Origin: Diadema antillarum
Lineage: Eukaryota
DNA: 64,000 nucleotides
Direction of reading: 5' to 3'
NCBI RefSeq assembly: GCF_040938485.1
Contig: NW_027271023.1
Coordinates: forward strand, 372,001 to 436,000
Every line of letters starts with the position of its first letter. Position 1 is the stretch's first letter. The position numbers were made by a program, and so were the translations under genes. Below, in pieces: positions 11,801 to 23,695 of this stretch. Below the pieces are notes generated by a model, which saw only the letters and a list, made by a program, of their open reading frames with translations, was not told the DNA's origin and searched no databases.

Positions 11801-12552
11801 AGGCAAGAACAAGGGACATGGACTGGCTTATGACGTGAACAACAACCATTTTACTACAATTACTGTATAAACATGTGCGGGGGTGGGGTGGTGGTGGTGT
11901 TGGCTTTTCACAAGTTTCAAACCTACAAGGAAAATTCAACGCAAATGATTTTGTAAATTCAATGATTGCAGAAATGTTGAGAGCACACATGAGTGCGTCA
12001 CTGAGCCGATAAGAGCTGTACTGCATTCATGCATATAACTACATTATACACAGCCCAGTCGCTGTTCCACCTCCCTGTTCGCACGGCGTCTGGTCGGGAT
12101 GCACAGATAAGTGACCTCCCTGGCATCATATACTGAATACAATAATTAGTATCGTAATTCCATCGTCACTGTTTTGGGAATATTTCACAATTCGCGGTGT
12201 GACCGAGACTAACACTCCCCACCTTCCTGTAAACATAACAGCTCCTTCTTGGTACTTCTCTAACAGCGTCGTGGCTGCCGTAGTAGAGGCACATTTAAGG
12301 TCCATAAGGCACATCAAAAAAAAATGCAACGTCGACGTATTCAACTGAAGAATTAAGCTTACCTGTCCCGCTCCCAACCCCTAGAGACCGAAGGGTGTGA
12401 TCCGAGGGACGGATCTCTCCCAACTTGTGAACGACAAGCGCCGGAAAGTTTTCCTTGGCCCATTGCTGGTCACTGGTATGCTTTCCAGCCTTCTCCACGA
12501 ACACGTCGTACGCCTTGCTGTAATGAGCGAGATCTGCTGTCAAAATGTTCAT
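8823..12552 (-). CDS. HNMT: Histamine N-methyltransferase-like, copy 2 (intact, 312 aa)
   Basis: join(12552-12363, 10166-9813, 9217-8823), with phase-1 GT-AG introns; 939 nt with no internal stop. Motifs LGVGSGTG (SAM motif I), NHVVLEP, FDFISAVHSLYYV and TVDITSMFDQGSAEGNLLIDFFT align with human HNMT LSIGGGAG, NEVVEP, WDFIHMIQMLYYV and [23 protein letters not shown]. Confidence 0.9.
10283..10440. other. Assembly gap (N run) in intron 1 of HNMT-like copy 2
   Basis: Run of N. Confidence 1.
10441..10883 (+). mobile_element. Partial copy of the PIF/Harbinger-like MITE at 14870-16259
   Basis: Collinear with ~15880-16255; ends in CTTGCCCGGAAAGGTGTGACAG. The left part is lost in the gap. Confidence 0.8.
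11096..11477. mobile_element. Kolobok-type MITE (TTAA target)
   Basis: TTAA|AGG...CCT|TTAA. Same family as 46525-46835, 56790-57170 and 62919-63300. Confidence 0.8.
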
Positions 12553-14698
12553 CGTGTTCACTGCAGAGCTATTCGAGAGTATGCATTCACGTGGCCTACG
12601 CAGACGATAGTATTCAGCGATAGAAGCACTTTACACGTACGTCTTCACGGTGCGGATCAGGGAACTTTTTATGAACGACTTAACACACTTGTAAAGCATC
12701 ATAGCCATCGCATCATAGGTCACAATAAGGTCATCGGCTGAGCAAGAATGAAAGGAGCCTTGGTATACGGTCATTATACTTATACCCATGGAGCTACACA
12801 AAGTTGGAGACAAATAGATCTTTTAAACTATTAACAGTTTAACCGACCCACCATCCGGCCGGCAGAAACTATTCTTTCTCGACCTTCTCTTCCTGCAGTG
12901 GATTCGCGTCCAAACTCCGACCTTCGCATGTGCTGGACACATGCTATAGGCCTCTCAGCCATGGCTGGTCATGATGATGGAGAGCGGGCAGTTTTGGCAC
13001 CTATTTCATTTCCGTTTTTCTCTTTAAAGACTGATAAAAGACTCAGCAAGTCAAAAAGAATATCGGCGCACTTCTTTTTTTTTTCAGATTTACAGCTCCT
13101 CACAAAGTTGCTGTGAGATGGCACATACACTTTAGAACTAAAAAGTACGTTGTAATATACGAATATTATCAGGAAGGGAGGCACATACAATGTGCTCACT
13201 ACAGTGGTGTATCGCGCAGTCCATATCGAAAACATCAATGATCGACGTGGTTATCGCAATACCCGCCACTAATGACCTAGTAGTGGCAGCAACGGTGGCT
13301 TTGATCAGTTTTCAGTTTTTCCCTTTTTTTTTGGGGGGGGGGGGGGTAGGAGGAGACTTGGAGGATATGTGCGAGGGAGCGGAGCGACCGAGCTGGGAGG
13401 AGGTGTGGGTGTAAGAGGGGGTATCCGCCCTCCCATACGACAGAATTTGTTCTTATTAAAACAAAACAATATGATGCACTTATTTGGGAATATTCTGAAA
13501 ATTGTCAGTCTCCAAAGCGTACAAGGACTCTGTGTGTGTGTGTGTGCGTGCGTGTGTGTGTGTGTGTGTGTGTGCATGTTTGTTTGTTTGTTTTTGTCTT
13601 TGGGGGGGGGGGGGGGCGAGCGAAGCAAGGGAAAGGAGTGGGAGGGGATTACCCCCCCCCCCCCCATACAAGGTATATTTTGCACTTTCGGAACTGACGT
13701 TCAGCTATCTGGTACTGCACTATACTTTTTAAACCACGCACACTATACGTTCCGCAGCCCTTGTTAAGTATACAAGTAGGGCCTACTCCCTTCACGGAAA
13801 TTCCGGATTTCACGACCATTCACTTGAGCTTTGCTAATTAAATAATAGTTTACGATGTAAGGTCCGTTTATGTCTGTGAATGCAGGATGGACTGAACTGT
13901 TTTCCTTGGACACAGCATAACGCACGTTGTATATAACCGTGAAAATATTGATGTTCACATTAGGAAAAAGCTAAATTAATAATCTTCGCCAGAAATTAGG
14001 GGGGGGGAGGGGAGGATGGAGGCATACAGAGGAGTGTGATCTCGGGAGGAGTCAACTTTTGATCAAGAACTTGGGTAATGTAGGAACTACCATACAGGTA
14101 ATTGATTCTTATTCTTTGCTTCTTTGAATATGCTTGTAATTCATCGCCCATCGTCCATCGTGAGCCGCCGTCGTGCATGTCGTGCATAAACTTTTATCGT
14201 TTTCAGCTTCTTTGAAAAACCCATGACGGATCCTCACCAAATTTTCCAGCAGGAAGTAGGCCTATTCCTAAAGGTGATGGGATGTCAATTATATTTGTTC
14301 AAATAGGTATCATGTCCGCCCCCCGCCCCCAACTCGGCTGGGCTCTCTTCACCATACAGCGAGAGGGCCTTGACAAAAGGCTACTAAATGCGGGGAACGA
14401 AAGTCCTCCCTGCGACAGGGATCTTTTCTAAATGGTTGACTTTCTCCAAATGCAGCAGATTGTTAGCACACCATTCATTCAATCAACTCTTTTGACTTGT
14501 GCAACTAGTGTGCCTCGAAATAAGTAGCCATTCACACCGTATTTTTAAAATATCAATTTTAATATATTGGCTGGCGTTTTCTGCCTGTCAAAACTTTCCG
14601 GACCATTTTGTTTTGCTCTAGTTAAGCCTCCGCTTGACGTCATAACTTCATGTCCATGGACACCAGGAATTCTCTGAAATTGCCCTGTCTTGACGAAA

Positions 14699-14866
14699 GG
14701 CCCTGTCACGCCTTTCCGGGCAAGCCTTGCGTGCGACTTGCGAAGAACAATTTTGCTACTCGGAGGTATCCGCAAATGACCAGTTCATGACAGTATACCT
14801 AGCACGCATCTCGCCCGTAGTTGCCTGGAGTTTGCGCACGGAAGTCCTATTTACCCGCAGCCAAAT
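14699..14866 (-). mobile_element. Fragment of a related Harbinger-like element (target of the 14870 insertion)
   Basis: Starts with GGCCCTGTCACGCCTTTCCGGGCAAG; its reverse complement matches ~15820-15985. Confidence 0.7.
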
Positions 14867-14869
14867 TTA

Positions 14870-16259
14870 GGCCCTGTCACACCTTTCCGGGCAAGTTATA
14901 AGCAGGCTTGTTGTGTGTGGGGATTTTAAAGCATGCAGGGTACTTCTTTTTTTTTTTCTTTTTTTTTTCTTTTTTTGTGAGCGGACAAGAAACAATTCTA
15001 TTACAACTATTGTTCACATTTTGTATATTTCACAATACTTAACATTGATTACACGGATTTTGTTCTATCCCTAACTTTTATCTTTAAACTTTTAACTTTC
15101 TATCCCTAATTTTAGAACTATTATAATGCACTGAAGCTGGGATTTTGTTTCATCTGTAAATGGTAAATAATGCCTTTAATACGGCAGAAGCTCCACAGAA
15201 TCTCATTATCTTGGCTCTCAACGACTCTCAACTAACCAGCAGAAAGAGAGTAACTGATACTCAGCATCAGATTTTCATCACAGGACCTGCGGCTATACAA
15301 GCTGCCCATCATATTTTTTTCGCATTATGACCTTAGTTTAACTCGCATGTATACAGACCTTGTGTTAATACAAGACAAACATTTGAACATTCCTGTGAAG
15401 TTCCATTCTAAATTATCTTCTGTATAATTTTCGTATTTACATACTTTATTGTGATATATGTGAGAAATATGAAAATAAATTGAAATGAAATGAAATGCAC
15501 GAATTTTGCTTGTATAGCTCGCTCCACGCCCGCAGAACTGACCAGCTACACGGATATTGGTAGTATCGACGCCGTTCCTTGCCAGTAAAACACCTGTATT
15601 ACACTCGAAGAATGCCCGCAAAATTAATGACGCGCGTGTCCGGCGCATAGGCACAGACCCACGAACAACCTACGTACAAAAACTAACAAAAGGTACTTCA
15701 AGCGGGTTAACTGCCTAATGACTTGAGGTAGATACGTGTCTCCTACCTATATAGTGTTCTGCGTGGACCTCTGCTAGCAATCTCCGCGACTCACCCGGAA
15801 CAATTTTCAAGCATGCTCAAAACTTGGCTGCGGGTAAATCGTACTAGCGTGCACACCTCCTGGCAACTACGGGCGAGATACGTGCTAAGTACTGTCAGGT
15901 GCGGGCCATCTGCGGGATTTCCGGGTAGCAAAAATTGTACCCCGCAAGTCACAAGCAATACTTGCCCGGAAAGGTGAGGCAGACCATTGAGTATGGTCAA
16001 AACCTGTGTCGGGTGAGTCGCGAGGATTATCCGTATCTCGCAGGCAACTCTCCGGCAGGTAATACGCAGTTGTAAAGCAGGTACTTCGCAATGCTCGTAT
16101 GTCGTCCATAACTATAACGTAAGTAGCACGCGTCCAGCAGGTAGACGAACGCGAAACCAGCCAAAATCCTTGTCTGCCCGCAGAAAATTATCATGCGTGC
16201 TGGTAAATCCCTACACGCAACAAGCTCGCGAAGCTTGCTCGGAAAGGTGTGACAGGGCC
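14870..16259. mobile_element. PIF/Harbinger-like non-autonomous element with TTA TSD
   Basis: TTA|GGCCCTGTCACACCTTTCCG...GGAAAGGTGTGACAGGGCC|TTA. TIR similarity extends over more than 60 bp. An internal AT-rich segment ends in (TGAAA)n near 15495, like a CR1 tail. Confidence 0.85.
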
Positions 16260-16327
16260 TTAAACCGCAAACTTGTGCTCTGATATAGTATGAGGCATAC
16301 TCTCAGGGATACCCTTTTCCTCGCATT

Positions 16328-16647
16328 TTCGCGAAGGTGGTACAAAATAATGGTTTAAACCATGGACAAAAGCCATGACCGCCAAGTGTAGCACGGAATA
16401 TTTCGTTACGAAATTGGTCATTTCGTCGATAAAATTACCGTTTCGTTAACCCCAAATATAATTTCGTGGACGAAAATGATTTTTTTTTTAGTTACAAAAT
16501 GTTGTCATTTCGTTACAAAATAATCATTTCATCGAAGAAATGACTGATTTCGTCACGAAATATTCCATGGGACATTTGCACTCCATGGTTTTTGTCCATG
16601 GTTTAAACCATGGTTTCATTTGTACCACACCTTCGTGAATTCGGGCC
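16328..16647. mobile_element. Palindromic MITE, left end truncated (same family as 21813-22138)
   Basis: Right TIR ...TTTGTACCACACCTTCGTGAATTCGGGCC; internal ATTTCGTTACGAAA-like repeats. Confidence 0.8.
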
Positions 16648-16947
16648 TTTCAGGGTCTACTCATTCTGGCATAGCATTTGATTACAACCCACTGTTGGTT
16701 ATATACATTGTGAGTCACGAAATCTCCTATGTGGTTATGCTGATGCAGGCTCATGCCAAGTCGCACTTCTTGTTTAACAATTAAAAAGGCAACATCCACT
16801 TTCTTACACGGTAAACATTGTTAAAATGAGAAAAATCAAGTACGCGATGAGTACAATCATGTCATGCTATGATACAGTACAACACCAATATCTGAATATA
16901 ATTAGATACACTGAAAAATAAGAAAATTAATGACACAAATACGGACA

Positions 16948-18492
16948 TCAAGCTTTCGTGATGATGACGTTTTCCCAAATCCTCTCTATGAGAATGCGTT
17001 CATTGTCACCATCCGGGTCGCAATGACCAGCACCCGCCGATCCGGGTTCGGCGTCCGCTCTCCTGGCTACACGGTACTCCTCGCTTGCTTCTAAACTTGG
17101 TCAACACGGCATCCTCCATCTCCTTTGTAGCGGACTCTCGAAAGTGACCGACGTGGGTCAGGAAATCGAGCAGCAGGTTGCCCTCGGCCGAGCCCTGATC
17201 GAAAATGCTGGTGATGTCGACGGTGACTCGCTGTTCGGAGATCGTGACGGGATGTCGAGCTCCTTCAATATTCGCTTGACCCTCGTCGAGCTCGTGTAAT
17301 CCTCTTTGCGGAATTCGTGAGCATTCAGACTTGACGTATCTGTATATCATAAAATACAATGCGATATCAGGATAAATGAAACGATTACAACTGTTACTAG
17401 GGCAAATTAACGGCTAGGGCGGAACATTATCAACTCCGGATTTTTTTATACTGAGCACGTCTATCGAACAAAGTGTATGTTGCTCATCGATGAACACTAA
17501 CTAATACAATGTAAGTAAAGACACGTGTGTCTGGATTCTGCTGGAGTTGATCTGAAATCCTACAGGCTGAGTTCGAAATGGTACTAGTGGAGCAAGTCTC
17601 GAATGGAATATCGGGACAATTGTGGATGACATCGTGGGTGACGTGGTTTTGTGAGGGCGGAAATTTCTAATCTTGTCGTTTTGTCTTTGTAAATCAAACA
17701 ACGAGGGCGTTGGCGATCACCCCACCACTAATCCCAGATTTTCCATGATACACCTTTATTAGTATATCAATAGCCAAACTGTGAAACTCAAGTCTCCATT
17801 AACTATTATTATGGTCGGGAGAGTGCACAAAAGGAATGTGACGCGGAGGCAACAGCGGCGGCGAACACCGCTGATTCCAACTTTTTATCAGGGCATTTCG
17901 TCTTCTCAAAATACAATTACATGACCAAACTACAAACGATAATGAAAATTATAATCAATTAAAAATTGTCTCGGAATGATTAGTTTTTTCTAATAACTAC
18001 GAAAGTAATATACCTTTCAGTAGGGTGGTCAGTAGAATCCCTCCTGGTGCTAAGCTATCGTACAGAAACTTTAAGGCTACACGAAGATCATCCCCGTAGT
18101 ACAGGCGTGTGCACGGCAGATATGAAATCGAATTGCTGCGGCGACCCTTCGGCGCTCTGGCCACTCTTTTTCGCCATGTATAATTCTTCCAACGTCCTCG
18201 TTGTGCCACTCGAAGTTCGCTGCGCCCGGCACAGACCAATCACCACTCGACGATTCCTTGGCGGCGGCCGACTGGAATTCTTCTAGATAGACCCGTGCGG
18301 GTTCCAGGACCACGTGGTTGAAGCGGGGTTAATGCGTGAGAGAGCATGCGCAACAAGGTGATGTCATTACTCGCCTGACGGTTAACAAAGATACCAAGGC
18401 GAAAATGTCATATAACGATTTTACGCAACGAATAAGCAGTAGCAGCTACCTGATGCATGCTTTATCTTTTTTTTTCATCCGTAGCGAGCTGC

Positions 18493-18525
<33 letters not shown>

Positions 18526-19423
18526 CACAAACACAAACAGACTAAGAAACAAACGGAACCAAATCCTGTTGAGGGTTTAGCATTTGGGGAAGATTGGAGA
18601 GTTTCTCTTTTCAGCTTTAGTGATATAACGACAGAAGGTTGTGACGGCAATTTTGAGAGGAGCGTCACCTTTGCACTCTTTTTTGACACACGGTATTGCA
18701 TAAATTGCACTCGTTAAATTTAAAACTAACACGAACTTTGAACATTCGAAAAGGCGATGGCGGCGGGGGGGGGGGGGTGGTCTTCGGATACTTCACTAAA
18801 TTTCCACGCTCGATTTTAGAATCTAAATGAACACAGTATAACTCTGAACGATCAAAAAGTGTAATCAAAGATCGAGTGTAATGATGCAAAAGTTCAAGGA
18901 ATTCCAAACACAAATTATAACGTCTGTTCATCTCTTCATCTAACTGAAATAATGACAGAGCCTTGTGGTGAAGAGCAGCGGCATACACTAAAAGAGGCTA
19001 CCCTGGATCACGACAGTCACCTCGATCTCTGGATGAAGCACGACAGTTTCCCGCCTAACATAGCTTTTCTCAAAGCAGGCTTCCGCACCTTCCTGCTCAC
19101 GATGGGAATCACATGCTCTGCAGAAGAATGACTAAACGGGTGATATATGCTGATAATATATACACGCTGTGTTAGTCCATCACACATGATTGTGTTAGCA
19201 ATTAGTATGACTTTATTGAAGATCGATGCTCACCTGACCCGCTCCCAACCCCTAGAGACCGAAGGATGTGGTCCGAGGGGCGGATCTCTCCCAACTTGTG
19301 AACAACAGCAGACGGAAAGTTTTCCTCGGCCCATTTCCGGTCACTAGTATGCTCGCCAGTCTTTTCCACAAACACATTGTACGCCTTGCTGTAATGAGCG
19401 AGATCAGCTGCCAAAACGTTCAT
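16948..19423 (-). pseudogene. HNMT: Histamine N-methyltransferase-like, copy 3 (frameshifted pseudogene or consensus errors)
   Basis: Exons 19423-19234 (intact), 18374-18014 and 17339-16948, with splice sites conserved relative to copy 2. Exon 2 reads GC GAG TAA right after the acceptor (extra A versus copy 2 GC GAG TAT), and further 1-3 nt indels occur in exons 2 and 3. Confidence 0.8.
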
Positions 19424-20314
19424 CGCGTTTACCGTTTAGACTTTGATCAGTTATAACACAGGGCTGGTATACAGATTTATCCACGAGGCCTATGGCAATT
19501 ATATTCACGTGCAATATCAGACGATCATATCAGCATTCACTCGCATAAGTACTTCCTCGGTGTACAGATTTTCGTAGAGAAATAAATACTGGGCGACTGA
19601 GCACACCGCATAGGGATCATCGGTCACGTCATGGAGGTGGATACTGTCGGACAATTGAAAGCAGCGCGATGTACATAGTCTGTATACCGCGACCGTAACC
19701 TTGTTCTTTGAATTATACCAATGCACTAAGCCAGATCCTTCAAGAGGCGTTCCTATCAGGTAGCAGTCGTAGCACCACCACACTCTGTCACGACTTCTAC
19801 ACTATACTAGTAGAACACCATGTCTTATTTAACCGGCTTCACATTCGTGATAGTGAGGCAGCAAACAAACTTGCAGAGAAGTTGGCATCCCACTATAAAC
19901 ATTAAATTAACCGATCCGTACACCATCCGGACGGATTTAGTTTCACGTCCAGCTAGCATATGATTGCCTGAGGCCCTGAGCACTGCAATTATACAATTTT
20001 GTAGTATAGCTAGTAGCGAACTCTGATCAATGCATCTAGCATGTATAGTAGCTCCAAGATACATAGGCCTACTCGGTTGGGAAATGCTGCCTGGCTGTCT
20101 GGACATGATAGACAGCGCACAGCGGGTATATTACACAATTTATCACCAATATTTTAAAAGTCAGCAGGTTGAAAAGAACACTGGCACTTTTTTTTCAGAG
20201 TTACAGCTCCTTTCAAAATTGCTGGAACGACACCTTGAACCCTACACCCTAAAGCCTAAGCTATTTTGACCCTTTCAGGTACAAGGGGTGGGGGTGGGGG
20301 GGGGGGGGGGGGAG

Positions 20315-20459
20315 CAGGGGCGGATCCAGGAATTCCGTAAAAAGGAGGGGTGGGCGCCTGTACAAAATTAAAGGGGGCCACGCCCCCTTTTTTTTTCTCC
20401 GTTGTTTGAACATAAATAAAGGGGCGCGTGCCCGGTGCGCCTCTCGTGGATCCACCACG
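20315..20459. mobile_element. Short MITE with CAGGGGCGGATCC...GGATCCACCACG ends
   Basis: Imperfect TIR; no clear TSD in the G-rich flanks. Confidence 0.55.
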
Positions 20460-21812
20460 GGGGTGGGGGTAGTCTAGCTTCTGGACTCTTTTTACTCGTA
20501 GCAGTGATCGTGTACACGTCAAGCCGTATGAGGGCGTGACACCCGAGGATTGCGATACGCCGAGAACTGCGATACCCGAGTTCGTTGGGCGCGCAGTCTC
20601 TCGAATATCGCAATCAGAAAGTTTGCGCCCTCTCTTGGCACCAAGGAAAAGGGGACGGAGCCCAGACTAGGGTGGGGGGCACATTGTGCCCCCTGTCCTT
20701 ATTACCTCCACCAAGGAAGGAGCTTAAGTGATCATCGATCGGCGTTGGTTTTATTGTTTGTTTGCAAAATACGGTATCTCGAAACGTTGTGAACGGATTT
20801 GAGTGATGTAAACTTGCAGGAAAAGTCGATAATGACTCAAGAAACAGGTGACTAGATTTTAGTAGTAATGGATTTTTGAAGTATTAAAAAAAAAAAACTT
20901 TTGGCATATAAGGTCGATGAACTTGGGAGTTCAAGCTGCAATAATGGAATTTTACATACGCCCTCTAAGGCAAGGCGCCGCGCAGCTAAAAGCTGATGGC
21001 GTATGTGTAAGCAGTCATTGGAAATTGCATAGTGTATGTATGTATTAGCGGAAATGAGTTGCTGGCTTGGCGGAGGTAGAGCAACTCAATAAACCCTACA
21101 TAACCCTCAAATCGAAATTTATCAATGCGAAGTATTGAGGGCACTAGTCACCGCAATATACATAGGGAATAATCATGTTAAAATCATGGTTTTCCTCTGT
21201 AATTTCTTTATCCCAATGTCTTTATCTTATTCGACCAATCATTTTCACATTTCCCACAAAAGAAAAGCAAGTCAAACTTCACTAACACAAACACACTGAC
21301 ACGCACCGCATACAACGGCCCCTTATGCTTCACAGAAATTCAAGATTTCACAATAGTCATTTGGACTTTCATTGCTTATAAGTTTACTCCGCACCGTCAC
21401 AGTAAAGTTCATTCACATCGACATACCGACGCGTCGGTATGTCGATGTGAATGAACTTAATTATAGCGCAAGCTCTCGATAACATAGTAGCTCAAGTTGT
21501 GCATAAACATGAAAATGAAACATGTTTACATTAGGATGAACTTGTTAGTTTGAAAATAATATTCGCGCGGAATAAAGCATGAGTGTGTGTGTGTGTGTGG
21601 GGGGGGGGGGGTATACAGGGGCGTGGGAGCTCCCGAGGCGTCAACTTTTGATCAGAAACTTGGGTAATGTAGGACATATACCATAGGGTATAGTAACTTT
21701 TTTCTTCGTCTTTTCTTTTTCTTCAAATCTCTTTGTAAAGCAATTATAACGTTAGGCTTGTATATAACAATCACTCTCATGATCTCACATCATAGGGTGT
21801 TTTAAACTTGAT

Positions 21813-22138
21813 GGCCCGAATTCACAAAGGTGGTACAAATAAAACCAAGGTTTCAACCATGGACAAAAACCATGGAGCGCCAAGTGTCGCACGGAATATT
21901 TCGTTACGAAATTGGTCATTTCGTCGACAAAATGACCGTTTCGTTAACGAAATTATCACTTCGTGGACGAAATGTTCATTCAGTTACAAAATGTTGTCAT
22001 TTCGTTACAAAATAATCATTTCATCGACGAAATGACTGATTTCGTAACGACATATTCCATGCGACACTTGGCGCTCCATGGTTTTTGTCCATGGTTTAAA
22101 CCATAGTTTCATTTGTACCACCTTCGTGAATTCGGGCC
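21813..22138. mobile_element. Harbinger-like palindromic MITE with 3-bp GAT TSD
   Basis: GAT|GGCCCGAATTCACAAAGGTGGTACAAAT...ATTTGTACCACCTTCGTGAATTCGGGCC|GAT; long TIRs and internal short repeats. Confidence 0.85.
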
Positions 22139-22672
22139 GATGTCTTCAAATAGGTCTATTACATGCAATGAATTTAAGATGCATTTAAAATACATGGCAA
22201 CCGAACCGAAACATAGACCTTTAAAAAAAAGTCCCCAGAAGAGATCAAATTTCCAGTAAGACTTTACACGAAAGAAAAGAAGTACACCGTATCATCCGAG
22301 TGTTGATATAGACCAAACTCTCCCCTACTCAGTATACGAGAGTCTCCCCCCCCCCCCCCCCTTTGAGTTTTCTATTTGATTGCAGCTATTTCAAGATATT
22401 CATCCTCGGTTGCATGCTAAGAAAAAAATTATTCATATGGACGAATTCTAATCAAGATAAACATTTTTTTACCATACGTTTACTTTTTGTGTCAAAGAAC
22501 AATTTGATCACTCCATTGTTGATTTTGAAGGCGAATTTTATTTTTTCCCTTACCAGGATCCATGTCAGACAAAATTGATTGCTCGGTGTTTTAAATTACA
22601 TGGAGAAAGTTTGAAATTGACCAGGAAAACCATACCGCGGTTTTGCATATAATATAATATGTATGTCTATTT

Positions 22673-22674
<2 letters not shown>

Positions 22675-22719
<45 letters not shown>
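22675..22719. repeat. (CA)n microsatellite
   Basis: Direct reading. Other CA/GT tracts occur at ~6326-6357, 6428-6462, 11035-11060 and 13530-13574. Confidence 0.95.
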
Positions 22720-22720
<1 letters not shown>

Positions 22721-22734
22721 TATATAGATATATA

Positions 22735-23034
22735 AAGAATCAAAAAATTAACCGGTAATGCATTTATTTGCCAAAAAAGATTAGTTTATTCGACTCGAAT
22801 TTTCGGTGGCCTTCTTCAGGAGTCTCGACAATACGGTTACGGTACCAAAACACAAAGCGCGCACTCATATACAGACTTGGTTGCAATTCAATTTGTATTT
22901 TGGTACCTTCAATTTGTTTTGGGTACCGTCATTGTCGAGACTCCTGAAGAAGGTGGAGGCCACCGAAAATTCGAGTCGAATAAACTAATTCTTTATTGGC
23001 AAAATAAATGCATTACCGTTATTTCTTGATTCTT
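22735..23034. mobile_element. Inverted pair of Penelope-like element (PLE) terminal-repeat fragments
   Basis: Arms ~22735-22850 and ~22920-23034 are reverse complements. Each carries CCTGAAGAAGG...CCGAAA...AATAAA pointing outwards, the typical PLE pLTR 3' signature. Confidence 0.65.
22944..22977 (+). ncRNA. Minimal type I hammerhead-ribozyme-like motif (degenerate)
   Basis: CTGAAGA-A-[GGTGG-AGG-CCACC]-GAAA-A-TTCGAG-TC gives the CUGAnGA core, a 5-bp stem II, GAAA, a near-palindromic stem III and a GUC triplet. There is one extra A after GAAA and stem I is weak. Confidence 0.45.
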
Positions 23035-23278
23035 CGTAATATTGGAGCCAATGCGTGAATTCTCAACATCTGTATGTATAATATGTATATATACATATAT
23101 CTTTTGTACTATGATAGGCCTACTGCATAAATGTCATACTCATTTATGTTAAGGGCACACTCGTCACAAGTTTTTGTACTTCTAGAGATGTGTCTGCAGC
23201 ATTTTGAAATTGATTGCTTGTTACTTCACATATTTGCTGGAAATGAAATATTACATTGAAACTGAATCTCACTGTTCA

Positions 23279-23695
23279 TTATGCCGGTAGGAACGTATAG
23301 GCAGCAACTGCAAAACTTCCTCCATTCGTGGCTCTGTTCATGCCGGGGCTGGCGCTGTAGTGTCCCCAACTAGGGCTGGCATGGTTTTGGTCCCTCGCTA
23401 TAACTCTCTCTCCGTGATGGTCCTTGAGGTGCTCAAGATGGGTCTCTTCCTCTTCCTCCTCCCTTCTGGAGTCCAGTACAAGTGCTATTTCGATAATGCT
23501 GTCTTGTTCTTTCCAGACCGATCCTCAGTCTCCAGCGCCTTCTTTCGATGACTGGGTCCATGCATTAAAGCTGGCATCTGTCTTACGATTCTTCGTTTGA
23601 CTGTATTTGACCAACTTGCTTTGCTCGTTTGAGGTGTCTTCAAAATACAAGCTCTGCTTTTCTCCATTTCCGGCAATTTTGATTTGTATTTTCAT
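23279..23695 (-). other. 138-codon frame with one in-frame TGA (unidentified; pseudogene fragment or recoding candidate)
   Basis: ATG at 23695: MKIQIKIAGNGEKQSLYFEDTSNEQ...SKEGAGD*GSVWKEQDSIIEIALVLDSRREEEEEETHLEHLKDHHGERV...AYTFLPA*. TGA at 23527-23525. No recognised homology. Confidence 0.3.

Noticed and set aside
18952-19131. 59-aa + strand ORF inside HNMT copy 3 intron 1
   Set aside because: It is short, antisense to the host gene, and has no recognisable motif or splice support.
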